Assembly (NCBI GenBank): GCA_963727625.1
Contig: CAVSHR010000004.1
Location: forward strand, 256,001 to 320,000
Direction of reading: 5' to 3'
DNA from: an uncultured delta proteobacterium
GTDB taxonomy: Bacteria; Desulfobacterota; Binatia; UBA9968
DNA: 64,000 nucleotides
A program made the position numbers and the translations under genes. The notes beneath the pieces are model-generated. The model worked only from the letters and a program-made list of their open reading frames with translations, was not told the DNA's origin and did no database searches. This document shows positions 37,597 to 48,069 of this stretch, one piece after another. The number at the start of each line of letters is the position of its first letter. Positions within the stretch are counted from its first letter, which is position 1.

Positions 37597-39045
37597 TCAG
37601 CTTTTCCGCGTCGGAAACGCCGGTGGAATAATTTGCTCGACGGTGCGGCTGTTCCAGTCGCGCGCGGACCAGTTGTCCCAGGCCCGCGTTGCACCGGCCT
37701 CGGCCTGCGCGAACAGCTCATCGTCGTTGAGCCGCGTCGACCGGCCGTTCTCTACGACCACTTCGCCGTCGACGATCACGGTTTCGACATCGGCGCCGCT
37801 GCCGTACTCGACCAAGGCGTTGATCGGATCGCGCATCGGACCAAGACGCGTGCTGCGTAAATTGATGACCACCACATCCCCTTTCGCGCCGACTGCGAGG
37901 CGCCCCAAATCCGAGCGGCCCAGCGCATCTGCCCCTCCGATGGTCGCGGCGTTGAAAACATCCGCTGCGCGCGCGCCGGAAGCGTTGCGGTCGACCAGCC
38001 GGGAAATCAGCGAGGCGTAGCGCATTTCGGCGACGATATCGAGCGGATAGCTGTCCGTACCCAAACCAATGCGGACTCCGGCGGCGCGGTACTGATCGAA
38101 AGACTCCATGGCGAAGGCCATCTTGGCGCATTTGTGCGGACAATGGCCGATGGTCGCGCCGGTTTCGGCGAGAATTTTCAATTCATCGCCGCGGGGATAG
38201 TCGACGCGGGAGTGACCGCCGGTAATCGCCATGTGGCCTAGTATGGTGCGGGGTCCGAGGATGCCGTTATCGGCGAGATATTCCGCTACAGGCTTGCGAT
38301 ATTTATTCAGGATCTCCAGGAACTCGCGGAAATTTCCGCCCGCGTGAATATGGATCGGCACATCCAATTCTTTTGCCGCGGCCACGCTCTCCCTGAGCAG
38401 CGACGGCTCGCAGGTCTCGGCTTGCGCCGGATTCAAAATTCCCTGCAAACGGCCTTTGTGCGCACCGTGAAATTTTTTAATGAAGTCGACCGCGACCTTT
38501 AGTCCCGGACGCCCCTTGTCGGCGCGCTCCTCGTAATAGTGCCGGCCCTGGGCGTCGGTGAAGATATCGTGGCTGCGAAACGGCGGGCTGAAGAAAACAC
38601 GCCCGCCGGTTTGCCCGACGATGGCGACGTAATCATCCAGCGCGCCGGGGCCTCCGCCGGGATCCAAAACCGTGGTCGCGCCGTTACGCAGCGCGCTGTA
38701 GAGCGCGTACTTTCGCCCTATGGCGACCGACGGTGGAGGAGGAGGTTGGATTTTTTCCTTGAGCGGCGCGCCGAACACGAACCAGTTCGCGGAAAGGTAG
38801 TCTTTCTTGGTAACGTCGGTGAGCAGGTAATCGCCGACGTTGAGTTGCGTGTGCACGTGCAAATTGACGAACCCCGGCGAAACGATCTTTCCCGACGCGT
38901 CGATGACCCGGTCCACCGGCTCGGACCGATCCGTGCCGACGGCTTTGATGCTACTGCCGTCGATGACCACCGATCCGTTGGGGATGATTTCATGCCCGGC
39001 GCCGGACCAACCCACCACGGCGCCGCCGTCAATGCGAATTTTCAT
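37597..39045 (-). CDS. Amidohydrolase (chlorohydrolase/SsnA-like)
   Basis: PGFVNLHVH, IHIH, LGH, GLGTD, GRLAVGAKGD. Confidence 0.9.
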   Translation of the reverse strand: MKIRIDGGAVVGWSGAGHEIIPNGSVVIDGSSIKAVGTDRSEPVDRVIDASGKIVSPGFVNLHVHTQLNVGDYLLTDVTKKDYLSANWFVFGAPLKEKIQPPPPPSVAIGRKYALYSALRNGATTVLDPGGGPGALDDYVAIVGQTGGRVFFSPPFRSHDIFTDAQGRHYYEERADKGRPGLKVAVDFIKKFHGAHKGRLQGILNPAQAETCEPSLLRESVAAAKELDVPIHIHAGGNFREFLEILNKYRKPVAEYLADNGILGPRTILGHMAITGGHSRVDYPRGDELKILAETGATIGHCPHKCAKMAFAMESFDQYRAAGVRIGLGTDSYPLDIVAEMRYASLISRLVDRNASGARAADVFNAATIGGADALGRSDLGRLAVGAKGDVVVINLRSTRLGPMRDPINALVEYGSGADVETVIVDGEVVVENGRSTRLNDDELFAQAEAGATRAWDNWSARDWNSRTVEQIIPPAFPTRKS

Positions 39046-39080
39046 GACAACTTCCTTTGCAGTTTTGAAATCGCCGGCGC

Positions 39081-39791
39081 TTATGCGGCTAGGGTCGGCG
39101 TATTGTCCGCTTTGCCTTCCAGCGCGTACCAGAAGATATCGTTCATGTAACGCCAGCGCCGCACCGTCGCCTCTTCCACTTGCTTGAGCGCCTGCGCTCG
39201 CAGCTCAGGGATATTGCAATACTTCTCGACGATGGCGAAGCCCTTCGAGCCGTGCACCTCGTCGGCATGGATATGCTCTTCGAAGAAGCGGATTTCGCGA
39301 GCTCCAGGTTTGAAACCGTAATGCTGATGCAGAGCCGGGACAATCTTTTTGCAGATGTCGAGAAACTGGGATTCGAGACCGATGAACATGCCCGCCAAGG
39401 CCACCGGCCAGGGCTTCTGGTACATCATCCGCCAACCCCAGTTTTGCAGTCCTTCGGTGGCCGCAAGCAGGATCGAGCTTTCAACGCTGTCGCGATTGAC
39501 GCCGCAGGCGGTGACAAAGTCCTTGAGCATGTCCAAATGCCGATCGTCGGGGTTCTCCTCATCACCGAGGTTCTCGAAGAGATAATTTTTCACGTCGCGC
39601 TCGCGAATCTGCGATCCCTGATAGGCAAGCCAATTGAGGAACTCGCCGACGAAATGATAGTGCTGCGTACAATAAAAAGCCATCTGTTCCTTAGTCAGCT
39701 TGCCTTGCGCCCAAAGCTCGAAGAACGGATGATTTTTGCTATGCTGCTTGTCACGTGCCGCGACCAGCAGTTGGTGGAAATTACCGCTCAT
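39081..39791 (-). CDS. Heme-oxygenase-like diiron enzyme (CADD/PqqC-like), second paralogue
   Basis: ENLGDEE...RH...LESQ...FEEHIHADEVH. Confidence 0.85.
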   Translation of the reverse strand: MSGNFHQLLVAARDKQHSKNHPFFELWAQGKLTKEQMAFYCTQHYHFVGEFLNWLAYQGSQIRERDVKNYLFENLGDEENPDDRHLDMLKDFVTACGVNRDSVESSILLAATEGLQNWGWRMMYQKPWPVALAGMFIGLESQFLDICKKIVPALHQHYGFKPGAREIRFFEEHIHADEVHGSKGFAIVEKYCNIPELRAQALKQVEEATVRRWRYMNDIFWYALEGKADNTPTLAA

Positions 39792-39876
39792 GACGATTCC
39801 TCCCTCGGGTCATGCTGGGCAACATTTTTTGGCCGCGTCTTTAGCGGCCTCTCGAATACATAACCGTCTAACTTTC

Positions 39877-39900
39877 GTGGCAATTGGCGAAAATTGCCAC
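39877..39900. promoter_or_regulatory. Palindromic putative operator
   Basis: GTGGCAATT-N6-AATTGCCAC about 85 nt upstream of the HDO start. Confidence 0.4.
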
Positions 39901-39962
39901 TCCTATCTAATTCAACCGGTAGTGTGGGTCAATACGATCGAGTGATATTCTTTTTCCACAGT

Positions 39963-40009
39963 AAAAACGACAACGTCGGCCCAGGGAACGAGCCCGGGCC
40001 GACGTTGTC
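39963..40009 (-). terminator. Intrinsic terminator
   Basis: 14-bp stem GACAACGTCGGCCC/GGGCCGACGTTGTC with a U-tract on the minus strand. Confidence 0.8.
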
Positions 40010-40038
40010 TTGTTAATCCGGGTTGTGATGGATCTACG

Positions 40039-41775
40039 CTATCCTTCACCCCGCTCGACGATCGCTTCGACCGGTTTTAGCCTGATATCGAGCAGCGCCG
40101 ATTGACCGCCGGCGACCGCGCGCAGGCCGCGTTCCACCGCCTTGCGCACTTCGGCCGGCTCTTCGACCTTTTCGCCGTAACCGTCGAATGCCTTCATGAT
40201 CTGGGAATACTCAGGACAGGGCACGATGTGCAGCCCGGAATAGTTTTTGGACTGGACCGCCCAACCGTTCGGGTAATATTTCGGTATGCCCGACTTCTGC
40301 GAGAGATAACCCTGGTTGTTAAACATGATCGTCAGAAACGGCAGATTGTGTTCTTGCGCGGCGCCGTAGACGGCGGGAGCTGGATCGTAGTTGAACGAGC
40401 CGTCGCCGATCATACAGATGACCGGCCGCTTCGGATTGGCGGCCTTCACGCCCAACGCCGTCGAGAGCCCGGTGCCTAGACCGCCGATGCAACCGTTGAA
40501 AAATGACCCGGGCTTTAAGCCGTCGAGATAACGATGCAGCGCCAGACGGTGAGTGATCGTCTCTTCCACGACCATGGCGTCGGCCGGCAGCACCTGGCTG
40601 ATCTCGTGCGCCACCCAGCGCGTATCCATCGGTTTTTGATTCGCGAGTGCCTGCGCTTCATCGCGCCAAGCCTTTCTAGCGGTGTTGTTCTTCTTTCCCA
40701 GCTCCTCGGCGCGTTGCTTGCGCGAAGCATCGTTGGCGGAGACTTTCTTCTTGAGCGCTGCCAACAGACTCTCCAGCGAGCTCTCGATTTCGCCGGTTAA
40801 ACAGAGATCAGCTTGGTAGCCGTAGTACGGCATATCGTGGCGCAGGGGATTTTCATCGAGTATCGCCACCGTCGCCCCCGGCGACGGCGTAACCGAAGCC
40901 GGATGCCAAGGCGCGATGACCGATAGCAAAAGGATCACATCGGCGCCCGCCGAAGCCCTTTTTGGATCATAACCGCCATGGAGCGGATGTACGCGCGGGA
41001 AGTTGAGCGCCCCCGTGCTCCGGGTCTCGCATACCGCGCAACCCAAAAGCTCGGCGATCTCTACCAGGCAATGCACCGACTTTTCCGTGCGGCCGGAATC
41101 TTCCGCGATGATCACCGGATTCTTCGCCCCGGCCAGCAAATTGGCCAGCTCTTCGATGCCCTTGGCATCTGCGGTCGCACCGGGCGCAAAACCGTGATCT
41201 CCCGGAACATCTCTAATCATTTCGGCGAACAGATATTCCATCGGCAAAGAAACAAACGTCGGCCCCTTGGGCGCGGCCATCGCCAGTTGGCAGGCGCGTT
41301 GAATCGTCGCCGGTAAAACCGCTTTGTTATTTACTCCGAAGCTCCATTTCACCGTCGGTTCGACCAACTTCGCGGGCCCACCGATGTTGGAGAGATGACC
41401 CAGCCACTGCCCGCCTGGATCGGGGCCATCGTCTTCGCCGAAACCGACCGACTCGCCAGTTAAAACCACCATGGGCACTTGCTCGCGCACCGCGGCGCGC
41501 ATCCCCATCGTCGCGTGCAAAGAGCCGACCGTGGTGTGAATCATGACCGCCGGCAGCTTGCCGGTGGATTTGGCATAGCCGCTCGCCATGCCGACGGCAA
41601 CTTCCTCATGGCGCGTGCTCAAATATTGCGGCATGCCTTCGACGCCCGGCTCCGCGAGCGCCTCCCAGACCGGGGACCATTCCGAGCCTGGAGAAGCAAA
41701 AATTTTCTCCACGCCCATTTTTGCCAGCACGCGCAACATGGTTTGCGCTCCGGTCAATCCTTTGGTTTGAATCAT
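40039..41775 (-). CDS. Thiamine pyrophosphate-dependent enzyme (benzoylformate decarboxylase/ALS-like)
   Basis: PGSE, RHEEVAVGMA, GDGSF...NNQGY. Confidence 0.92.
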   Translation of the reverse strand: MIQTKGLTGAQTMLRVLAKMGVEKIFASPGSEWSPVWEALAEPGVEGMPQYLSTRHEEVAVGMASGYAKSTGKLPAVMIHTTVGSLHATMGMRAAVREQVPMVVLTGESVGFGEDDGPDPGGQWLGHLSNIGGPAKLVEPTVKWSFGVNNKAVLPATIQRACQLAMAAPKGPTFVSLPMEYLFAEMIRDVPGDHGFAPGATADAKGIEELANLLAGAKNPVIIAEDSGRTEKSVHCLVEIAELLGCAVCETRSTGALNFPRVHPLHGGYDPKRASAGADVILLLSVIAPWHPASVTPSPGATVAILDENPLRHDMPYYGYQADLCLTGEIESSLESLLAALKKKVSANDASRKQRAEELGKKNNTARKAWRDEAQALANQKPMDTRWVAHEISQVLPADAMVVEETITHRLALHRYLDGLKPGSFFNGCIGGLGTGLSTALGVKAANPKRPVICMIGDGSFNYDPAPAVYGAAQEHNLPFLTIMFNNQGYLSQKSGIPKYYPNGWAVQSKNYSGLHIVPCPEYSQIMKAFDGYGEKVEEPAEVRKAVERGLRAVAGGQSALLDIRLKPVEAIVERGEG

Positions 41776-41864
41776 ATCTCGTCCTTTCGATGTTTAATTA
41801 AGAAGCAGCCGCCAGCTCCAAGCATAAATCGAGTTCGCGCAGAGCTGACAGCCAGATCTCGAGT

Positions 41865-42884
41865 CTACGACAAATTGTAAAAACGTTTGGCGTTGTTGAG
41901 CAGAATGTCCTTCTTTGCATCCAATGACAGATCCTCGCGCCCCCAAAGGATGCTGCCGGATTCCGGCCAGCTCATGTCCCAGTGCGGATAGTCCGACGCG
42001 TACATGAGCGTCTTGGAGCCGATCTCGTTGACCACGTAGCTGATCATCTTCTCTTCGGGCTCGCAACCGAAGTATGAGTTTTCGCTGTAGAGATATTCGC
42101 TCGGTTTCTTTTTGCAGAGCGGAGCTTCCACCTTGCCGCGCTTCTCCCATTCTTCGTCCATGCGTTCGGCCCAGTACGGTAGCCAACCGCAGCCGACTTC
42201 CAGGTACCCGACTCTCAGCTTGGGAAACTTTTCCGGAATACCGCCAAACACCATGCCGGTGAGCTGGCGCAACACCGGAAATGGGTGCCCTGTGGTATGC
42301 AGGCAGATAAACTGGTCGAACACCTCGCTGCCCGGCTCGTCGCCGCCGAAGGCATGAATCGTGATCGGCGTGTTGAGCCGCTGCGCCTCTTCGTAGAGTG
42401 GATAGTATTCCGGGCTGCCGAGGTTTTTTCGATGGGCCTGAGCCGCCAGCATGCCGCCGCAAAGCCCCAGCTTGGTCACCGCCCGGTTGAGCTCCTTGGC
42501 GCATTCCGCTGGATTATTGACCGGCAAATTCGCCACCGCTTTCAAGCGCGGCGATCCCTTGCAATAATCCGCGATGAAATCATTATAAGCCCGGCACAGC
42601 GCGGTCTGAAAGTGTGCGTCGCGTACCCGCCCGACACCCAAGCCGCTGGTTGGGAACAGCACCGCTGTATCGATTTGCTGCACATCCATCGCCGCCAACC
42701 GCTCCTCAACCTTTGCGCCCGAGCGGCCTAGGGTGCCGCCGAGGTTGCGGTCGTAGTGCTCGCCAGGAATGAACGACGCCTTTTGATTTCGATAGGGCTC
42801 AGGCAGGTAGGGTCGAATCTCGTTGTCGAGATCGCGCGCGTGCGCGTCGGAATCCAAAACTTTTATCGCCTCACGTAATTCCAT
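41865..42884 (-). CDS. Amidohydrolase_2 family protein
   Basis: LDSDAH, CRAYNDF, TIH, LEVGCGW, ASDYPHWD. Confidence 0.92.
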   Translation of the reverse strand: MELREAIKVLDSDAHARDLDNEIRPYLPEPYRNQKASFIPGEHYDRNLGGTLGRSGAKVEERLAAMDVQQIDTAVLFPTSGLGVGRVRDAHFQTALCRAYNDFIADYCKGSPRLKAVANLPVNNPAECAKELNRAVTKLGLCGGMLAAQAHRKNLGSPEYYPLYEEAQRLNTPITIHAFGGDEPGSEVFDQFICLHTTGHPFPVLRQLTGMVFGGIPEKFPKLRVGYLEVGCGWLPYWAERMDEEWEKRGKVEAPLCKKKPSEYLYSENSYFGCEPEEKMISYVVNEIGSKTLMYASDYPHWDMSWPESGSILWGREDLSLDAKKDILLNNAKRFYNLS

Positions 42885-42937
42885 AGCTCTCTCCTGTTTT
42901 ATTGAGCTGCTACTAACGCCGGTCTTGGACGCTGCGG

Positions 42938-44074
42938 TTACGCCGCTTTTGGCAGGGACGCCGGCGCGTTGAGCTTATAGAGCTTTCTTACATTGCTGTT
43001 CAGCAACTTGTCGCGGCTGGCAGCCGGCAGCTCGGCCATGTCGCGGGCGATCACGTCGCGCGAGTGCGGCCACGTCGAGTTCTGATGCGGGTAGTCGTTG
43101 GACCACATGCAATTATCCACGCCCCACCAGGAAAACATTTTGCCGCCGATATGGTCGTTGAAAAACGTCGCATAAATCTGCTCGGCGAAATATTCGCTTG
43201 GCAGCTTGGACATAGGCACTTTTTCCGAGTGACGGTGGCGTTTGTATGCCTTATCGCACTTATCGAGCCAGAACGGAATCCAGCCGACTTCGTTCTCGAC
43301 CGAAACGATCTTGAGCTTGGGATGGCGTTCCAGCACGCCGGAAAAGATCATGTCGAAGAGCGCGTCCTCGATCTCGCGGGTCTGCTGCACGCCGATACGG
43401 TAGCGGTTAATGCCGTGGCTCGTCTGGCGGTTCATGCTCGCCCCGAAGCCGGTAAGAATATGCAGGTGTACCGGTAAGTCGAGATCCTGCGACGCGGCCC
43501 AAAAACGCTCGTAGTGATCCGAGGTAAAGGGGAGATTCGCATGGGGCACCTGCCAGATCATCGTCCCGACGATGCCCTGCTTCTTGCACCGTTCCATTTC
43601 GGCGATGGCATGATCGACGTCGAACATTGAGATCAAGGCGATTCCGTAAAGCCGGTCCGGCACTTTCTGGCAATAATCGATTACCCAATCGTTGTAGGTC
43701 CGGAACAGTGCTTCCTGCAGAGCCACGTCTTCGATGCAATATAAACCGAGACCCAGGCTTGGATAAAGAACTTCGGCGACGATGCCGTCCGTCACCATGT
43801 CCTTCATGCGTTCCATTGGATCCCAACCGCCGGGACGCGCCACGGAAAAACCCGCCCGGCGAAAACTCTCCACCTGTTCGGGTCGCTGGCCGGCCATGAA
43901 CAAGCCGCCCACCGCTTGAGTTGGCACGTCCGGCGAGCCGAACATCCAGGCGTCGCGCTTTTCGTCAAAGTAGGCTTTCGGGGCGCGCTCTTTGAACGAT
44001 GCCGGCATGCCCTTTTCCCATAGGTCCGGCACTTCGATCACGTGAGAATCCGACGAAATAATGGTTGTTTCCAT
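42938..44074 (-). CDS. Amidohydrolase_2 family protein
   Basis: ISSDSH, YNDW, HLH, ENEVGW, WSNDYPH. Confidence 0.92.
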   Translation of the reverse strand: METTIISSDSHVIEVPDLWEKGMPASFKERAPKAYFDEKRDAWMFGSPDVPTQAVGGLFMAGQRPEQVESFRRAGFSVARPGGWDPMERMKDMVTDGIVAEVLYPSLGLGLYCIEDVALQEALFRTYNDWVIDYCQKVPDRLYGIALISMFDVDHAIAEMERCKKQGIVGTMIWQVPHANLPFTSDHYERFWAASQDLDLPVHLHILTGFGASMNRQTSHGINRYRIGVQQTREIEDALFDMIFSGVLERHPKLKIVSVENEVGWIPFWLDKCDKAYKRHRHSEKVPMSKLPSEYFAEQIYATFFNDHIGGKMFSWWGVDNCMWSNDYPHQNSTWPHSRDVIARDMAELPAASRDKLLNSNVRKLYKLNAPASLPKAA

Positions 44075-44091
44075 AACGTTCTCCTTCCGGG

Positions 44092-45111
44092 CTACTTCTT
44101 AGCCCAAAGCCTATTAAAAAATCCACTCTTTTCCATATCATCTAAATACCGGCTGTCGATCAATTCCTGCGGCTTGATCTTTTTGGCTCGCGGGTCGCGT
44201 CCAGCAAGCTCATCGAGAATCGCCTGCAACGATTTCGCCTTGATCGCCAGACGCGGTTCGAGCACTTTGATTTCCGCGTTATACGCTGACTCCAGGACCT
44301 TGCGATCGGTCACCCGCAAATACTTGCCCAGGACTTTATAAACGAACTCGCGGTCGGTGTGCATGATCTTGGCGGTTTCAGCCATGGCCCGCATAAAACT
44401 GCCGATGACCTGCGGCCGCTTGGCGATCACCGAGCGTTTGGTGACAAACGCCGTGGCGGCGTAGGGGATCTTAAGATCTGGACCGTAAATCACGTAATGA
44501 TAACCTTTGGCGATCGCCAGCGCGTCGGTGGGTGGCGTCAGGTTGGCCACGTCGATCGCGCCGCTGACGAACGCTGCAAAGGTCTCGGGATCGCCGCCGG
44601 TTTGAACGAACTGGACGTCGCGATTGGCGTCCATGCCAAAGCGCCGTAGCGCCTGGATTGTAAAGTAATGCGAGTTGCCGCCGATCCTGCTGACACCGAT
44701 CTTTTTGCCTTTGAGATCTTCCGGTTTTTTGATATTGCCGCCCGCCACCAAGGTTTGGGTCATGGTGTTTTTAATCCCGCCGACGAATACAACGTCGGTG
44801 GAGCCGCGGACATAGGCGGCAACGTTGCCGACCCCGCCGGTGACGGTCATCTCGGCGTCGCCGCCCAAAAGTGCCGCGGTGACAATGCTCGATGACGCAA
44901 CAAACACCAGATTGAAGTCGAGATTGTAATTTTTGAAGACCCCCGCTTCCTGCGCGATCCAAGGCATGGATTGCGACATGACCCGGGCCGAATGGATGCC
45001 GATCAATTGATCCGGCGCCGACGCCGCCTGAAGGAGATTTCCCTGAAAACCGATCAGCAGCGCCAACAATAAAAACCCAAATTTTGCCAAAAGCTTCTGT
45101 TTCATCGTCAC
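44092..45111 (-). CDS. ABC transporter substrate-binding protein (NMT1/SsuA-like)
   Basis: Signal peptide, IAQEAG.F, DLKGKKIGVS. Confidence 0.9.
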   Translation of the reverse strand: MTMKQKLLAKFGFLLLALLIGFQGNLLQAASAPDQLIGIHSARVMSQSMPWIAQEAGVFKNYNLDFNLVFVASSSIVTAALLGGDAEMTVTGGVGNVAAYVRGSTDVVFVGGIKNTMTQTLVAGGNIKKPEDLKGKKIGVSRIGGNSHYFTIQALRRFGMDANRDVQFVQTGGDPETFAAFVSGAIDVANLTPPTDALAIAKGYHYVIYGPDLKIPYAATAFVTKRSVIAKRPQVIGSFMRAMAETAKIMHTDREFVYKVLGKYLRVTDRKVLESAYNAEIKVLEPRLAIKAKSLQAILDELAGRDPRAKKIKPQELIDSRYLDDMEKSGFFNRLWAKK

Positions 45112-45289
45112 CTGCCCTCAAACTGTCCGTAAAGTTGTCGAATAAATCCTGTATCTTCTACCTCCTTTAGGAACCTATTGTCAAAAAAATCCTTGGGCTG
45201 GTCGGTAACCGCAAGCACAGACTCGATCTGCTCCTTAGCGGATTGATATGGAGACATTGGAAACAATAAATCGAACGTCACACTTCAAG

Positions 45290-46315
45290 CTACGCCCAAA
45301 AGCGCTTCTTCCAACCGGCAATCGCTTGCGGATTGACCACCGTGTCCGGAACTATGCCATCGAGAATCGCCAACATGCTCGCCGCCGCCATCCGCTGGCC
45401 GGCCTCGATGGAGCCCGGATTGGTGCCGATGATATGCGGCGTGAAGATCAACCGGCTCGGATCGACTTGGCGTAGCGGGCTATCGGCGGCGAGCGGTTCT
45501 TGGTCGAAGACGTCGAGCGCCGCGCCGGCGATGACGTTTTCGTTTAACGCCTGAACCAGATCGTTTTCCTTGAGCGCCGGACCGCGCGAAGTATTGACGA
45601 TGAACGCGGTCGGCTTCATCATTTTCAACTCGTTGAGGCCGATCATGCCGCGGGTCTCGCGGGTCAAGATCACATGCAGGGTCACCAAATCGGAACCTAT
45701 GAGCAGGGTCTCCAACGAGACCATGTTGACGCCCAAGGCCGACACGGTTTGCTGCGTCACGTAGGGATCGTAGCCGAGAATTTTCATGCCCCAGGAGCCG
45801 AGCCGCTTGGCGACGTTCTGGCCGATGCGGCCGACTCCGATGATGCCGACGGTCTTGCCGACCATGAGCACGCCGCGGTTCTGCGGCTCCTTCCAGCCGC
45901 CGCCGCGCAGGAACGCCTCGTTGAGCCTGAGACGCTTGAACAGCGCAACCATGAAACCGACCGTCGCTTCAGCCACCCCCAGGTAGTTTTCCGGCGTCGG
46001 GCTGTTGCAGCAAAGAATACCAAGGTCGGTGGCGGCGTCGACGTCGACGCTCTCGATGCCGATGCTCGATTTCACCACCGCCTGCAAATTCACGCAGGAG
46101 TCGAGTATATCGGCGCCGATGTAATCCCGCCCGTTAGGATAAAGAATGGAGCAGTCGCCGATCAGATCGAGCAGCTCTCGTCGCTCGTAGCGGAACTCGG
46201 GAAATTCATCCGCTGATTTGCCGAGGCGCAACTCGCAGCCGGCCGCGCGCAGGATATCCTGGGCGACCTTGAGGCGAGCGGGACCGGTGATGCAAATATT
46301 TCGTTGCGCGGTCAT
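45290..46315 (-). CDS. D-2-hydroxyacid dehydrogenase family
   Basis: GVGRIG, NTSRG, LDVFDQEP, TPHI. Confidence 0.9.
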   Translation of the reverse strand: MTAQRNICITGPARLKVAQDILRAAGCELRLGKSADEFPEFRYERRELLDLIGDCSILYPNGRDYIGADILDSCVNLQAVVKSSIGIESVDVDAATDLGILCCNSPTPENYLGVAEATVGFMVALFKRLRLNEAFLRGGGWKEPQNRGVLMVGKTVGIIGVGRIGQNVAKRLGSWGMKILGYDPYVTQQTVSALGVNMVSLETLLIGSDLVTLHVILTRETRGMIGLNELKMMKPTAFIVNTSRGPALKENDLVQALNENVIAGAALDVFDQEPLAADSPLRQVDPSRLIFTPHIIGTNPGSIEAGQRMAAASMLAILDGIVPDTVVNPQAIAGWKKRFWA

Positions 46316-46327
46316 GCCAAAAACTTT

Positions 46328-47347
46328 TTAAAGATTATAGAGCCGCTTGGCCGTCTCGGCGAAAAGCCATTTCTTGGCTTCGTCGTTCAAGTCCTTGCGC
46401 CGGCCCAGGTGCTCGATGTTCTCCGGGAATTCGGTGTCCCAGTGCGGATAATCCGAGGCGTAGTAAATCACCTTGCGGGTCAAAATCTCGGCGGCGGCGC
46501 CGATCATCGGCTCGTAATCTTCGGCGTGAAAATAGATCCGCCCTTCTTTGAGATATTCCGTCGGTTTCTTCTTGCACATGGGCGCTTCGACCTCGCCGCG
46601 CTTTTCCCATTCTTCATTCATCCGGCCGAACCAGTAGGGCGCCCAGCTGCATCCCGCTTCCATGAACGCCACCCGCAGTTTCGGAAAGCGGTCGAAGACG
46701 CCGCGAAACATCATACTGCACGCTTGCATCATTTGCGCAAAGGAATGGGACAGCGTGTGCACTTCGATGAACTGATCGAACATGTCGCCGGCAAAATAAT
46801 GCGGCCCGCGCACCGTGGCATGCACGCCGACCATGCAATCGAGCTTCTCCGCTTCTTCGTAGATCGGCCAGAAGCTCTCATGCCCGAGCGGCAAACGGAG
46901 CCCCACCGCGGGCAGCATCAGGCCGACGAGGTTCAGCTCTTTGATTGCGCGGCGCAATTCTTTGACGGCTTCCGGAACATCTTGAAAAGAAACCAGGGCG
47001 ACGCATTTGAGGCGGGGACTGACCTTTTGAAACTCTTCGGCGCAGAAATCATTCCAGGCTTTCGCATAGGCCACGGCGACATCGGGCTCGCGGATCCAAC
47101 CCACGCTCAAGCCGTTGGTCGGATAGAGCACGGCAGTGGAAATTCCGCCCTTATCCATAGCGTCGAGCCAGCTCTTGGCGTCCCTGGCGCGCGTGCCGAG
47201 CTTCCCGCTCAACGAACGGTCCCAGCTATCGCGCGGGGTCAACGTCGCGGCGCGTTTGGCGTACTTCTCCGGCATGTATTTTTTTAGCTGGGCGTCTTCC
47301 TCGGTGATATGGCCGTCGGCATCGATGACTTCGAAATTTCCCGCCAT
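46328..47347 (-). CDS. Amidohydrolase_2 family protein
   Basis: IDADGH, AWNDF, MEAGCSW, ASDYPHWD. Confidence 0.92.
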   Translation of the reverse strand: MAGNFEVIDADGHITEEDAQLKKYMPEKYAKRAATLTPRDSWDRSLSGKLGTRARDAKSWLDAMDKGGISTAVLYPTNGLSVGWIREPDVAVAYAKAWNDFCAEEFQKVSPRLKCVALVSFQDVPEAVKELRRAIKELNLVGLMLPAVGLRLPLGHESFWPIYEEAEKLDCMVGVHATVRGPHYFAGDMFDQFIEVHTLSHSFAQMMQACSMMFRGVFDRFPKLRVAFMEAGCSWAPYWFGRMNEEWEKRGEVEAPMCKKKPTEYLKEGRIYFHAEDYEPMIGAAAEILTRKVIYYASDYPHWDTEFPENIEHLGRRKDLNDEAKKWLFAETAKRLYNL

Positions 47348-47618
47348 AGCTCAACCCTCCGTGCGTGCGCTGTTTGACTCCCCTCTACGCCTCGCCCCTG
47401 CTATGTGTCAAGGGAAGCTGGGCCGAGCGAGGAAGCGAAATTATCGACCACTTCTTGAGTCAACCCAGGAATAGGTTTAAGCAGTCGTCAATGGGCCAAA
47501 GCAGCTCAGCGTGAGTCGAGACGGCGCGAGCGGCGAAATTTTAACGGAAGAATGGGGCTAAGGCGATGACAAACGGTTACGGTCGCGAAATTGACTTTAT
47601 CGAAAGGAGCGGTACGTA

Positions 47619-47897
47619 ATGGTAAAAACCGGCGGGGTCATTTTCGTGCTCGCCTGGACCCTGTGGATCCGCACCCAGACGCCGACCTCGGACACCTGGA
47701 ACGCCGCTCCGGGATTGCCGAGCCAAGAAAAATGCCAGGCCAGCATCAAAGAAAAATTGGACGTATGGCGGCAATTTAAGGATGCCGTGTTCAGCGGCAA
47801 CAGCGTGACGTTTACCGGCAACAGCAGCACGATGATCTATCTTTGCTTGCCGGAAAGCAAAGACCCGCGTAAAACCCGCAAAAGTGCCGAACCTTAA
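47619..47897 (+). CDS. Small hypothetical protein
   Basis: AAGGAG RBS; LAWTLW...C...YLCLPESKDPR. Confidence 0.65.
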   Translation: MVKTGGVIFVLAWTLWIRTQTPTSDTWNAAPGLPSQEKCQASIKEKLDVWRQFKDAVFSGNSVTFTGNSSTMIYLCLPESKDPRKTRKSAEP

Positions 47898-48069
47898 AAA
47901 TCGCAGCGCATCGAAGCCGGGATCTGATATCCCGCACTCTACGGCGCAATCCAGTCCGAAACCAGTTAGGACATTTCCGCAGGTGGTTAGTGCCGTCTAA
48001 TTCACCGAGCGAACCGTCCGACGGATGTTTAGGAATTTAGCTCTTGAACGATTGAAACCTTTCTAGCCC

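Noticed and set aside
39877-39900. Sigma-54 promoter (TGGC...TTGC)
   Set aside because: GG-to-GC spacing does not fit -24/-12 on either strand; kept only as a palindrome.
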